Source of the DNA: Octopus vulgaris
Lineage: Eukaryota
Assembly (NCBI GenBank): GCA_951406725.2
Contig: OX597840.1
Coordinates: 26,102,001-26,166,000 of the forward strand
Length of the DNA stretch: 64,000 nt
Direction: 5' to 3'
The translations under genes were made by a program, and so were the position numbers. A model generated the notes under the pieces. The model saw only the letters and a program-made list of their open reading frames with translations, did not search any database and was not told the origin of the DNA. Position 1 is the first letter of the stretch. Each line of letters opens with the position of its first letter. Below are positions 1 through 11,220 of this stretch, piece after piece.

Positions 1-372
1 CAGATAATTTCTAGTTAACTAAACACTTTAAAACTTCATGTTCTGGTAGAATGTGTCAAAATAAAACATTTTTTTCTCTTGGCTTTCTTGGGAAAATTGT
101 AATTTGCTTGTTTAGCGTAGTTTAATTTTTCGAATTTTAACCAATCCTATGCTCTCTTTTGAGCTAAAATCATTTGCTGCGTCTAAAACTGAGACAACAT
201 CCTGTAACTAACCCTAAACCTCCCCCCTAAACCTAACCCTAATTTTTTTTTTTTCTTAATTGTTAAATTAATTTAGTTGTTACGCGTGTAAAAAAATCTA
301 AAGCAATGGAATTAAATTAATTTAACAATTAAGAAAAAAAAATTAGGGTTAGGGTTAGGTTGGAGGTTTATA
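1..372. mobile_element. MITE-family fragment with an internal hairpin and TTAGGG-like repeats
   Basis: Bases 1-150 resemble the interior of the MITEs at 7081 and 29294. Inverted arms lie at about 215-275 and 313-370. Confidence 0.5.
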
Positions 373-654
373 AGTATTACTACGCTGTGTCTAAAGTTAT
401 ATCAGTGTCGCTGCGCTGAATGTAGTCCAGTTTGTGTAACATGAAAAACTAAATGAACACGTAAAAGAATAACTATGCTTCGTATTGAGTTGTCTATCCC
501 ATTAGAACGAAACAACCCATAACAGTGATGAAGCCGAATATTGAAGAAATCTCTTTCACAAAATCCCAAATCTTTTAAAGTAGAGCCGCAATTCTTTAAA
601 GACTGGAGTTAGTTGCCGTTGTTAATTGTAAAAACTCTTCCTCATTAATTGTAT

Positions 655-870
655 TTCTTGCTCCTGTTTCTCACGCACCTTGATTGTTTGATCAGTTCCA
701 CTTTACGACTGATATTTAAGAGGAAAACCCAATCAAATATATACAAATGATTTGTAATTAACTGTCTAAAGAAACAGATACAGCATTTACGATTATGTGG
801 ACGTGAAAAATATTAATTAACGTTTGTTATAGAAACCTAGAAATTCTCTTGAAGCTGTCGTTGTCCACTC
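655..870 (+). promoter_or_regulatory. Shared upstream block, putative core promoter of the ZNF genes (CCAAT-containing)
   Basis: The block cacgcaccttgattgtttgatcagttccacttt...ccaatcaaatatatacaaatgatt(g/t)gtaattaactgtctaaa recurs at about 14340-14480 (-), 16080-16200 (+), 30430-30570 (-), 36820-36920 (+), 52370-52490 (-) and 59360-59500 (+), always just 5' of a GTAAGT donor. Function is inferred from position. Confidence 0.55.
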
Positions 871-1559
871 TGACTCCAGTTCTCACGTCTTCCTCCTTCA
901 CTCTTTCTCTCCATATCTATTACTATGTAAGTATTTATTTAAACATTTCTATTATATATGTGTCCTATTATGTACATTTATTTGTTTCGATGTGTTGAGA
1001 AAGTTAAAAGGAAAAAAATCTCACTAAGACGAAATTATACGAAAGGCTGTAATTTTAATACTTTCATTGTGTTGTCGTTTTCTTTTAGACATTTCATTGC
1101 ACTTTTGGTTATTTTCTAAATTATTTGTAAAAACGTCGGATCAATCCCTTGTTTAGATAACATTTATCTTTCTTTCTAACGTGTAAATTCGACAATTTCG
1201 TTAAAAGCGGGAAAATTACGATGTAATTAGTAAGAAATGGGGAACGTGTAAAAGTACGAGTGTGCACTTGAAATACTGAAACGAAAAGCAAATATCTGTA
1301 TCGAGAGGAAATGGATCGGCTTTTATTTGAAAAATAGGAAGTCTTTATTTCTGGCGGTTCTTTTGCATCATTAAAAGTTAGAATTAATATGTTTTTCTAA
1401 TTTATTTAATTTGTGTGTGGAGTGCTGCTTTAAGCACCTAATATAATCCCTCGTCACATATTTTTATTTGGGGGAATTTTCAGAAATTTTTGCGTACGAG
1501 AATTCGTTCGGTCATGCAACCAAAAGAAGAAAACAATCAACTGTGATTTATGAGCTATT

Positions 1560-1760
1560 TAGCTGTTATTTTTCGCACCTCTCACGACCAGTATGGTAAT
1601 AATTCTTTGCTTAATTTCCTCTGGGCTTGCAGGAAGAGGGGAGACATAGACTAGGCCCTCCCTGAGAAAGAAATGGCAAGGTGTCAGTTCAGGTGAACGT
1701 GGCGGCCATTTCAACAGCACATTGCCTTCTTCAGGACGCGCCAAACTCTTTGGAGGAATC
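1560..1760 (-). mobile_element. Tc1/mariner transposase remnant
   Basis: Translation KWPPRSPELTPCHFFL...VY...EEIKQRI matches the mariner C-terminal WPPRSPDLxPxDFFLWG motif region. Confidence 0.7.
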
Positions 1761-1949
1761 TGGCTTTCATTCTCCACATCAACCAATAATTTTTCCTACA
1801 TTAAAATTTCCCCACTAAGGATTTTGATGCTGTTAGTGAGACATCAATATTATTTACTGACATTTATTCATCTTTTATGCTCAACAAAATATTAACGTTG
1901 AGCTAACCGTATATATATGTATATATATATATATATGTATTTGTATAAA

Positions 1950-2250
1950 TGGCTCCCATGCAGGTGGCATGTAAAAAGTACCATTCGAGCATGATTGATG
2001 CTAGTGATGCCTGACTTGCACCCATGCCGGTGGCACATACAAAGCACCATTCAAGCATGGTCGATGCCAATGCTACCTGACTGGCTCTGTGGCACATAAA
2101 AGGCAACCGCTACATGCTCAAACAGCATCCAGCTCTAGAAATCTTGCCTGATAAGATTGAAACCTTGTTCAGCCTCATGGCTTGCCAGTCCTCAGTCAAA
2201 CCTCACAACCCATGCCAGCGTGGAAAGCAGATGTTAAACGATGATGATAA
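1950..2250 (+). mobile_element. Degenerate (GAT)n-tailed retroposon, same family as the element at 4558-5106
   Basis: ggtggcatgtaaaaagtacc-type repeats and 3' end aacccatgccagcgtggaaagcagatgttaaacgatgatgat. Confidence 0.6.
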
Positions 2251-3009
2251 AGGTAGAGAAAGAGCGATGTCTGTTTTAGCAAACAAAGATACAAGACTGC
2301 AATGAAAACATCAGAAATCTAGTGTCATTTATATGTATATTGGTGTGTGTTGAAGTGTGTCTATGACAGACCTTATATTCCAGGAGTTGGTATTATAATA
2401 GATGTGTCTACTCGATGATATAAACATTTCGGTAATGCAGAAATGGGATAAATTTAATAGTTCAGATAAAGAATTACTTCTACAATTTAGGAAAACAGAA
2501 ATGTCGTAAATTTGCACTTTTGAATATCTGCCTTTTAAACATACTTGATGTCTTATATTATTTTTTCTATTCTTTCAGAAAATCATATGAAATTGGCTAA
2601 AAAGTAATTTTTACTTTTAAAGAATCATCAATATGTATCATGTTTGAAAGACTCTGCAAAGATATTCTACAAACGTATAATCCTGCTTCTAGAAAACATT
2701 GCTGAATTACAGTAAAATATTTCCTCTGAGAGAGAAAGCATTTCTCTTTACTTCTGTGTCTGAAATGTGCAGAAGATAATTTTCTCTTTTAAATATACTT
2801 TGATAGATTTCCAAAGAGTATTTGCAACATTTTTAAATATTGGCATTGATCACATTTAGAAGAAATATAAGAGAAGTGATATTTGTTTGGAATAAACTAT
2901 AAAAACAAAAAGAAGAAAAATATCCATATATTTTGGTGAGAGGAGAAATATTTTTGAAAAGTTGTTGATCTGTACAACTTGAAGGTTCAGTTTTATTTTT
3001 CTTGAAGAG

Positions 3010-4308
3010 ATGTCGGAAGAATTAGGAAAATCATCATATGACTGTGACATCTGCAAAGAGTCATTCTTAGAAGAAAGTAAATTCAATCAACACAAACAAA
3101 TCCATACAGGGGAACAACAATATCCCTGTGATATCTGTGGTAAATCATTCCATCATGGCAGGAACTTAACAAAACACAAGCATATTCATACAGGGAAGAA
3201 ACCATTTACCTGTGATATCTGTGGTAAATCATTCTCTCAAAACTCTAACTTAACTACTCACAAACGTATTCATACAGGGGAGAAACCATATCACTGTGAT
3301 ATCTGTGGTAAATCATTCTCTCGTTATAATTTCTTAGCTATTCACAAACGTATTCATACAGGGAAGAAACCATTTACCTGTGATATCTGTGGTAAATCAT
3401 TCTCTCAAAGCGGTAACTTAACGAAACATAAGCGTATTCATACAGAGATGTCGGTAGAATTAAGAGAATCATCATATGACTGTGACATCTGCAAAGAGTC
3501 ATTCTTAGAAGAAAGTAAATTCAATCAACACAAACAAATTCATACAGAGAAAGCGCGATATCACTGTAGTATCTGTGGTAAATCCTTCTCTGATGGACGT
3601 AACTTAACGCAGCACCAGCGTATTCATACAGGTGAGAAACCATATCACTGTGATATCTGTGGTAAATCATTCTCTTACAAGAATAGCTTAACTAGACACA
3701 AACGTATTCATTCAGGGGAACAACCATATCACTGTGATATCTGTGGTAAATCATTCTATCAGGGCAGGAACTTAACTCAACACAAGCGTATTCATACAGG
3801 GGAGAAACCATATCACTGTGATATCTGTGGTAAATCATTCTCTCGTTATGATAGCTTAGCTATTCACATACGTATTCATACAGGTGAGAAACCATACCAC
3901 TGTGATATCTGTGGTAAATCATTCTATCAAGAAGGTAACTTAACTCAACACAAACGGGTTCATACAGGGGAGAAACCATATCAATGTGATATCTGTGGTA
4001 AATCCTTTTCTGTTAGCAGTAGCTTAACTACTCACAAGCGTATTCATACAGGTGAGAAACCATATCACTGTGATACCTGTGGTAAATCATTCTCTGATGG
4101 CAGTACCCTAATTAAACACAAACGTGCTCATACAGGCGAGAAGCCATATTCCTGTGATATCTGTTGTAAATCATTCTCAGAAAGCAGCACCTTAACTACG
4201 CACAAGCGTATTCATGCAGGGGAAAAACCATATTCCTGTGATATCTGTGGTAAATCATTCGATCAAAGCGGTAACTTAACTCGACACAAACGGGTTCATA
4301 CAGGGTAG
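3010..4308 (+). CDS. G1: C2H2 zinc-finger protein, 15 fingers, alpha 5' module and A 3' module, with an internal repeat of the N-terminus
   Basis: 432-aa ORF of CxxC-x12-HxxxH repeats with TGEKPY linkers. It ends HTG-TAG, where the linker Glu codon has become a stop. Confidence 0.93.
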   Translation: MSEELGKSSYDCDICKESFLEESKFNQHKQIHTGEQQYPCDICGKSFHHGRNLTKHKHIHTGKKPFTCDICGKSFSQNSNLTTHKRIHTGEKPYHCDICGKSFSRYNFLAIHKRIHTGKKPFTCDICGKSFSQSGNLTKHKRIHTEMSVELRESSYDCDICKESFLEESKFNQHKQIHTEKARYHCSICGKSFSDGRNLTQHQRIHTGEKPYHCDICGKSFSYKNSLTRHKRIHSGEQPYHCDICGKSFYQGRNLTQHKRIHTGEKPYHCDICGKSFSRYDSLAIHIRIHTGEKPYHCDICGKSFYQEGNLTQHKRVHTGEKPYQCDICGKSFSVSSSLTTHKRIHTGEKPYHCDTCGKSFSDGSTLIKHKRAHTGEKPYSCDICCKSFSESSTLTTHKRIHAGEKPYSCDICGKSFDQSGNLTRHKRVHTG

Positions 4309-4557
4309 AAACCATACCCCTGTGATATCTGTGGTAAGACCTTCTCTGGAAACAGTCACTTAACTATACACAAATGCATTCACACTCAAGAAAAATAAAT
4401 TCACAGTGTAATCTGTGGCAAATCATTTGCACAAAATCATTTCTGATTTAAACAGAAGTCTTTCCTTATGAAGTGGGTCCATAACACAGTGATATTTGTT
4501 GTATAACATTTCCTCAGAAGGACAAAGGACGTATCTTATAAAGACATCCACAGAATC

Positions 4558-5106
4558 ATCATCATCATCATCGTTTAGCGTCCGTTTTCCATGCTAGCAT
4601 GGGTTGGACGGGTCAACTGGGGTCTGTGAAGCTGGAAGGCTTCGTCAGGCCCAGTCAGATCTGGCAGTGTTTCTACGGCTGGATGCCCTTCCTAACGCCA
4701 ACCACTCCGCGAGTGTAGTGGGTGTTTTTTACGTGCCACGAACGGATGGTGCTTTTACGTGCCACCGACACGGGGCCAGACAGAGCTGGCAACCGGCCGC
4801 GAACGGATAGTGCTTTTACGTGCCACCGACACGGTTGCCACACAGAGCTGGCAAACGGCCACGAGCGGACGGTGCTTTTACGTGTCACCGGCACGGGGTC
4901 CAGCCAAGGCTGGCAACAGACACGGACGGATGGTGCTTTTACGTGCCACCGACACGGAGCCAGACAGAGCTGGCAAACGGCCACGAGCGGACGGTGCTTT
5001 TACGTGTCACCGGCACGGGGGCCAGCCGAGGCTGGCAACGGACGCGAACAGATGGTGCTTTTACGTGCCACCGACACGGTTGCCAGACAGAGCTGGCAAA
5101 CGGCCA
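4558..5106 (-). mobile_element. (GAT)n-tailed retroposon (SINE or LINE 3' end) with an internal ~60-bp tandem array, inserted in the G1 3' UTR
   Basis: (ATC)n run at 4555-4572 and about 6 units of gctggcaa..cgg..(g/t)gcttttacgtg.cacc..cacgg. Absent from the G4 and G7 paralogous UTRs, where ccacagaat-atagaaact is contiguous. Confidence 0.75.
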
Positions 5107-5683
5107 ATAGAAACTATATGAATATGACATCTATAGTAAATCTTTGACATGAAATTATCCATTATTGAATCAAAAGAACATTGACAGAGGAAGGAAAACA
5201 TATGACTGTGATGTTAAACCTGAATCATTCTTTCGAAATGGTGAATTAATTATACACAGTCCTGTTAATATGAAGAATATGCCATACCCTAAGATATCTG
5301 ATAATAATCAATTATAACATAAATTAATTCTAACAGAAGAGGAACCATATCACTACGATGATGATGATCCTCATCATTTAACATTCACTTTTACATTCTT
5401 CTATGGATCGGATTGAATTCATTGATACCTTCCCTGTTTCCAAGCAAGGAAATATTTTCCCTGGTGAGACATATTTTACACAGAGGACTGGAAATGAACA
5501 ACTGCACAAGTATGACAGTCATGATGGCCATTTACAAACACCACATAATATCTGGACAAGGGTTCACACACACACACACACTTATGTATGTCTGAAGATT
5601 TTCTTATATGAAATATCTTATATGTTCTCTACACATCTAAATGTTTGTAATTCCTATTAGGAAATGAAACACATGTAATGCTG

Positions 5684-5689
5684 AATAAA
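5684..5689 (+). terminator. Putative poly(A) signal of G1
   Basis: AATAAA within cacatgtaatgctgAATAAAta, conserved at the 3' end of every paralogue and followed by T/GT-rich sequence. Confidence 0.6.
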
Positions 5690-5784
5690 TAATATCAAAC
5701 TTTTCTCCACTGTCCTTGTGTGTTTTGTAATTACTCTGTAAAAAATATCATCCAGACTGCCCACAAAAATAATATATATGTATA

Positions 5785-6189
5785 CCGTAAATCCTTGAGT
5801 ATAATCCGCATTTTTTTCCCAATATTTATCGGTCAAAATCCCTAGTGCGTACTACATACGAGGTTGAAATTGAAAAATATTTTCTAAGCAATGTCCGAGT
5901 CTCTATTTTGCTGTCAGGCAAAGTTTATTCAGACGTAACATTTATTAAAATAAAAGTATTCAGAACACAGAATAACATGTAACAAAATCAATTTGCAAAC
6001 ATATTTACATTCCCATATAACAGTTAAAAACATCACCATTATTGTATTACGCATGCGTGGAAGTGTTTGTTTGACTAGGTGCTGCTGGCTTAATTATGCA
6101 CGACTCAAGTTAGAGAAGGGATGTGTATTATACACAAGGTTTAGGTTTAGGTGTTATACTCAAGTGTGGACTAAACCGAGGATTTACAG
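5785..6189. mobile_element. pogo/Tigger-like MITE
   Basis: TIR ccgtaaatcct(c/t)gagtataa flanked by TA. Copies at 25461-25936 and 45949-46440. Confidence 0.7.
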
Positions 6190-6221
6190 TATATATATAT
6201 ATATATATATATATAGTAACC

Positions 6222-6606
6222 GGAGGCGCAATGGCCCAGTAGTTAGGGCAGCAGACTCGCAGTCGTAGGATTGCGGTTTCGATTCCCAGACCGGGCGTTG
6301 TGAGTGTTTATTGAGCGAAAACACCTAAAGCTCCATGAGGCTCCGGCAGGGGATGGTGGTGATCCCTGCTGTACTCTTTCACCACAACTTTCTCTCACTC
6401 TTACTTCCTGTTTCTGTTGTACCCGTATTTCAAAGGGCCGGCCTTGTCACTCTCTGTGTCACGCTGAATATCCCCGAGAACTACGTTAAGGGTACACGTG
6501 TCTGTGGAGTGCTCAGCCACTTACACGTTAATTTCACGAGCAGGCTGTTCCGTTGATTCGGATCAACCGGAACACTCGTCGTCGTAACCGACGGAGTGCT
6601 TCCACC
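6222..6606 (+). mobile_element. Full-length tRNA-derived SINE with 13-bp TSD
   Basis: A box tggcccagtagttagg, B box ggtttcgattccc, TSD atatatagtaacc on both sides. The empty paralogous site is at about 25441-25455. Confidence 0.88.
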
Positions 6607-6621
6607 ATATATAGTAACCAG

Positions 6622-6890
6622 CTTGTTTGTGGTTAAAGTCGGTGTGCATCAGGGATCTGTGTTATCACCATTGTTGTTTGCATTAGTGGTTGAAGTGGAG
6701 AAGGAGAATGCAAGAAAGAGACCGTAAATGGAGATACTGTATGCAGATGACCTTGTTCTGATGAGAGAGAAGTTTTGGAAATGGAAGGAGGCATTTGAAA
6801 GGAAGGGTTTGAAGGTAAACCTTGGGAAAACAAAAGGTGATAGTGAGTGGGGTGGAAGGAGAAGTGTTGGTGAGTAAGGTGGATCCATGT
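6622..6890 (+). mobile_element. RTE-clade LINE reverse-transcriptase fragment
   Basis: Translates, with frameshifts, to FVVKVGVHQGSVLSPLLF...ILYADDLVLM...WKEAFERKGLKVNLGKTK. Copies at about 25170-25440 (-) and 45457-45725 (-). Confidence 0.8.
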
Positions 6891-7080
6891 AGAAAGAGAA
6901 AATGATGTTTTATAAACACATTCTACCAGTATACGAAGTTTAAAATTTTTAGTTACCTAGAAATTATGTTAAAAAACAGCCATTCAAACCAAAAAGATCT
7001 GATAATTTTAATATTTGAGGGATTCATATAATTTTCCATGCAGAATTTCATCAGTTAATTTGCTTCTTCCACAGAAAGTT

Positions 7081-7479
7081 GGGATCATTTCGGTTTGAAC
7101 AGCAGTTTTTTAAAATAATTTCTAGGTAACCAAACACTTTTAAACTTCCTATACTGGAAGGATGTGTTTATAAAACATTTTTTTCTTTTGGCTTTATTGA
7201 GAAAATTCTAAAAGTTTGTAAAACATTTGTTGTTTCTTTTCCTTCAATTTCTGCAATTTCAACCAATCAATGACGTCTATTGAGGTGAAAACATTCTGTA
7301 CCGTATGAATATGTCCCTCGTTTAAGAAACAGATTGGGTTTATTTACATTTGTGAAGAAAAAAGATACCCTTTCCCCTAAAACATTGAAATGATATAGAT
7401 CGATACTAGGGTCATAATTATGGGTGACAATTTCATATGACACCGCTAGAAAAAACTGCTGTTCAAACCGATAAGATCC
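7081..7479. mobile_element. MITE with ~28-bp TIRs
   Basis: ggatcatttcggtttgaacagcagttttt ... aaaaactgctgttcaaaccgataagatcc. A half copy is at about 6895-7000 and paralogous copies are at 24640-24978 and 44917-45264. Confidence 0.75.
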
Positions 7480-9109
7480 AAAAGTTGTTTTTAAGTTACA
7501 ATGGCTTAAAGTTCGATTATGTTTACTCATTCACAAAACAGGGTGTGGAAGCTATCATTTTGTGCATGGCAACACGTGTTGTCAAATATTTGTGAATCTG
7601 TATTCTTCACACGGTAATTCATAGGGTACTTTTACTTTAGTTTCAGTCATTCGACTGCGGCCATGCTGGAGCACCGCTTGTAGTCGAACAAACCTACAAC
7701 TCTCTCTCTTCTCTTTCCCCTCCTTAATTCTTTTGTTCCTCTTTTTCTCTCTCTTCTCTTCCCACGTGACCGATAGGCCAGACAGCTAACCCTCTTTTTG
7801 CGTCTGACCACGGTCAGTGCAACATCGATATTCTTCCGTGTGTTTGTGAAAGCTCTGTATCTCTGCCGTAAGGCTTCATTTCCACACACACCAGCTAAAT
7901 TCAATTCGTCCCCAGTCGAAAGACACCTGTTGTTATGTCCTGTTATTATTATTAATATTTTTATTGTATTTTGTATTTATATTTGTGTAACATCGTCTGT
8001 TTTTCCGTCCTTATTTTCGTATACATTCCATGCTTTCTTCCAAGGAATCTGATGCTCTTAGCTTACTTTTTCCTTGGGGCTGGCCAGATTGGAGCAATCT
8101 CAAGATTAATCAGCCGAAATCGCGAGGATGATCTGGTTCTTTACAGGGGACAGAAAGCTTCGAATGACCCGTCCTTTCTTTTTCATAAAGGACCCGTTTG
8201 TACTTTGGTGTGAAATAATTTTTTCCACACGTTTTTTTGAGTGCATTCAACGATGCTCAGTCCAAACCCACCACCCGCCACATTCTTCCGGAAAAGAAAG
8301 GGGGAGGGTGGTGGGGGACCTTGGAGTTTCCCCACCAACAGAGTTTTGTTTTGTTTTTTTTCTGGGTTATTTTACATGCTTTCAATGTATGACATTGAAA
8401 TTATACGTAAACGGCTCCTTTCCTTAGAAAAAGAAAGATTCGGCCACTATTTCCTGCATGCCCTGCTACCACGTAACAGCTATTTTGAGTCCTTTATCGT
8501 AAATAGCTGTTGTATGGTAACAGGGCATGCTAGAAATAGCAACCAAGTCTTTGGAGATGAGATACATTGAATGCACTTGAAAAAAACCTATGGAAAGAAT
8601 TTATTTCAAAGTGAGGTTATGAACAGGTCTTTTACGAAATATTTACGGTATTTCTAAAGCCATCTTCACTTTAAAATATTTTTAAAATATGCCAAAACAA
8701 TTTTCGTAATGGTATTCAATTGAAAATAATAAAAAAATAAATAAAATTGTCTGTTTAAAGAAAGTTAAAATATAGAAACATTTCCTGTAAAAACAACTTT
8801 TTTTGTTGGCAAGTTAGTCATAATGTGTCTAACCGAAAGGCTAGAAATTCTTCCTTTTCAGGGTTAAGTTATTTTTGGTGTATTTTCCCAATATGCACTG
8901 TTTTGGGTATTCATACCCACCAAAACTCCTAATATCTCAAGAACCAGTTGTCCAATTCATGCGAAACTTGTTTTATTCCGTTTGTATTCACATTTCAGGA
9001 AAGTCTTAATTCTTAGTCTTTTCCCCATTATGTGCCATTTTGGCTATGTAACATTGGAAGCAAGATTGAAGTTCATTTTTAATGTAATATATGTGTGTGT
9101 GTGTATAGG

Positions 9110-9210
9110 TCTGCCTACTTACAACTGCAATACAAGCATTTAGTTGTGAATAAACCATTATACTTGGCACTTGTTGGCCTGGAGAAAGTCTTTGATAGAA
9201 TTCCTCAGTT
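9110..9210 (+). mobile_element. RTE-clade RT fragment
   Basis: LQYKHLVVNKPLYLALVGLEKVFDRIP resembles the RT motif region LxxAFVDLEKAFDRVP. Confidence 0.6.
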
Positions 9211-9309
9211 GGCCACACACCAAGGTTCAACAGAACCTACTGAAGCAAGCCAACGTGCTTCTAGCATTATCACAGGTAAGAGCAAGAAGTCGACATTAAT
9301 GTTCGTACT

Positions 9310-9533
9310 GTTTTCAAATTTTGGCACAAGGCCAGCAATTCTACGGGTGTGTGTGTGTGTATGTTAAGTTGAATATGTCGATTCCAGTGCTCAACCGTTG
9401 ATTACTTCCACCAACCCCCAAAAGGACAAAAGACAAAGTCCACCTTGGCAGAATTTAAATGCAAATGTCATGTCAGAAGAACCACAGCTAAGCATTTTCC
9501 CAAATGTGCTAACGACCCTGCCAGTTCGCCACC
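9310..9533 (-). mobile_element. Degenerate tRNA-derived SINE
   Basis: Minus-strand head ggtggcgaactggcagggtcgttagcac...ttaaattctgccaaggtggactttg. Copies at about 22595-22820 and 42865-43090 (+). Confidence 0.55.
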
Positions 9534-11220
9534 TTAGTTTATTATTAATTACTAGTGGAACCCATGTAAATTCTACAGAATGAAAAAAATTAAGAGGACC
9601 TATTTAAGAAAGAGAGGATGATTTGCATTTTTATAGCATTCATAGTTTTAGCTTTCTTTGAATATACTTGGAATCTGTCTACATCCAATTCCTCACAACA
9701 CCATCGGTGCCATCTTTTTCCTCTTTTTTATTATATCTTCTTGGTGTTCCATGCTCTAGATCTGGGCATCTTTTCTCAGGCAGCTTGCAACTGTGTCTCT
9801 TGTGAATCCATAGTTTAGGCTAAATTAATCCTTAGAAACAAATATCAATCTCTTAAGTGAGAAGGCGATAAATAATTGCACAGAAGTGCAAGTGTTGAGT
9901 GATGGTCTCTATAAAACAAAGAAATTCCTTTTCACTATCAACACACCACCACCACCACCATCATCATCATCTCTCACTCTCTCTCTCTGTGCCTTTCTTT
10001 AATCTCACAATCAGAACATCACCCCTCTGCTAAGATTATTTTTCTAACTCTTCTCTATATCACAACCTTCAGCTAGCTTTTTTAACCATAAAATAACTAT
10101 TACATTCCCCCTATCACATGTCATGCTTGCTTCTTTCTTAGGCTTTTGTCTCTCCCTTTTCTTTCTTTCTCTATTTGCCTCACTCTTTGTCTTATCATCT
10201 TTTCTCTCTCTACCCCCTTTTCTTTAATAACATGAAAGTGTTACTGACGAGCTAAGTAACAGAATGAGAAGCAGAATTATTATAAGATCACCTTACTCTA
10301 TTTCTCCCTCCCTTTTCTCCACTTCTGTCCCCACCCCTCATTTATTCCACTAATCTAATGAAAGTATAACAGCTGTACAAACAAGCTGGTCATTATATAT
10401 ATACATAAATATCATTTTTGTCTGATGTGTGGATAATATTTTTTGCAGAGTAATTACATATCACATAAGGAGACTGGAAAACAGTTTGATAGTATTTATT
10501 CAGCATTACATGTGTTTCATTACCTAATAGGAATTACAAACTTTTAGACAAAGAGAAAACATGTAAAATATCTCCTATTAGAAATTCTTCATACATACAT
10601 ATATACACGTGTGTGTGTGTATGCGCAAGTGAGTGTATCCTTGTCCAGATATTATGTGATGTCCGTAAATGGCCATCATGACCGTCATACTTGTGCAGTT
10701 GTTCATTTCCAGTCCACTGCGTAAAATATGTCTCACCAGGGAAAATATTTCCTTGCTTGGAAACAGGTGAAGATTGGTGACAAGAAAGGGTACCCAGCCC
10801 AGGAAAATCTCCATCAATGAATTCCATCTGATCCATTGGAGCATGGAAAAGCGAATTTTAAATGATGATGATTATCATCATTGTAGTGATATGGTTCCTC
10901 TTCTGTATGAATGCAGTTATGTTTTAATAATTGATCATTTTCATAGATTGACTTAGCACAAATGTCTTAGGGTATGGTTTTATCTTTCATATTAATATGA
11001 CTGTGTAGAATTCTCCATCTCCATAGAATGATTAAGTACTGCTATCAAAGTGATATGTTTTCCTTCCTCTGTCAATGCTCTTTTGATTCGTTATTGGATC
11101 ATTTCAGATGAAAGGCTTACCATTGATATCACATTGATATAGTTTCTTTCTTGTGTAGAGGGTTTTATGAGATACAAACTTGTCCTTCTGAAGGAATGTT
11201 ATACAACCAATGTCACTGTG

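Larger units (their letters stand above)
927..2578 (+). other. Predicted 5'-UTR intron of G1
   Basis: Donor tactat|GTAAGT at 927 and acceptor ttttttctattctttcAG at 2578. The same pair occurs in paralogues: 13012-14220 (-), 16329-18632 (+), 34465-35872 (-), 37055-38812 (+), 49917-52234 (-) and 59620-61046 (+). Confidence 0.7.

Noticed and set aside
340-362. Telomere or chromosome fusion site
   Set aside because: Only 2-3 TTAGGG units, embedded in a dispersed MITE-like repeat.
2587-2607. Conserved uORF MKLAKK* just after the splice acceptor
   Set aside because: The ATG is lost in G6 and G7 and the stop is lost in G2, G6, G7 and G8, so it is not conserved.
4604-5147. Multiple overlapping ORFs on both strands
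   Set aside because: A by-product of a GC-rich tandem repeat lacking stop codons.
6222-6300. Functional tRNA gene
   Set aside because: The tRNA-like head continues into a ~385-bp body flanked by a TSD, with an empty paralogous site, so it is a SINE.
7770-8260. Possible Penelope-like or other structured repeat in the cassette
   Set aside because: Probably TE-derived, but no diagnostic termini, ribozyme core or protein motif could be supported.
10534-10844. Recurrent small ORFs (MDQMEFIDGDF..., MLQWIRWNS..., [10 protein letters not shown]..., MEIYQSIFK...) seen in many copies
   Set aside because: Recurrence reflects recent segmental duplication of UTRs. Frames and lengths differ between copies, and several start at non-ATG codons.
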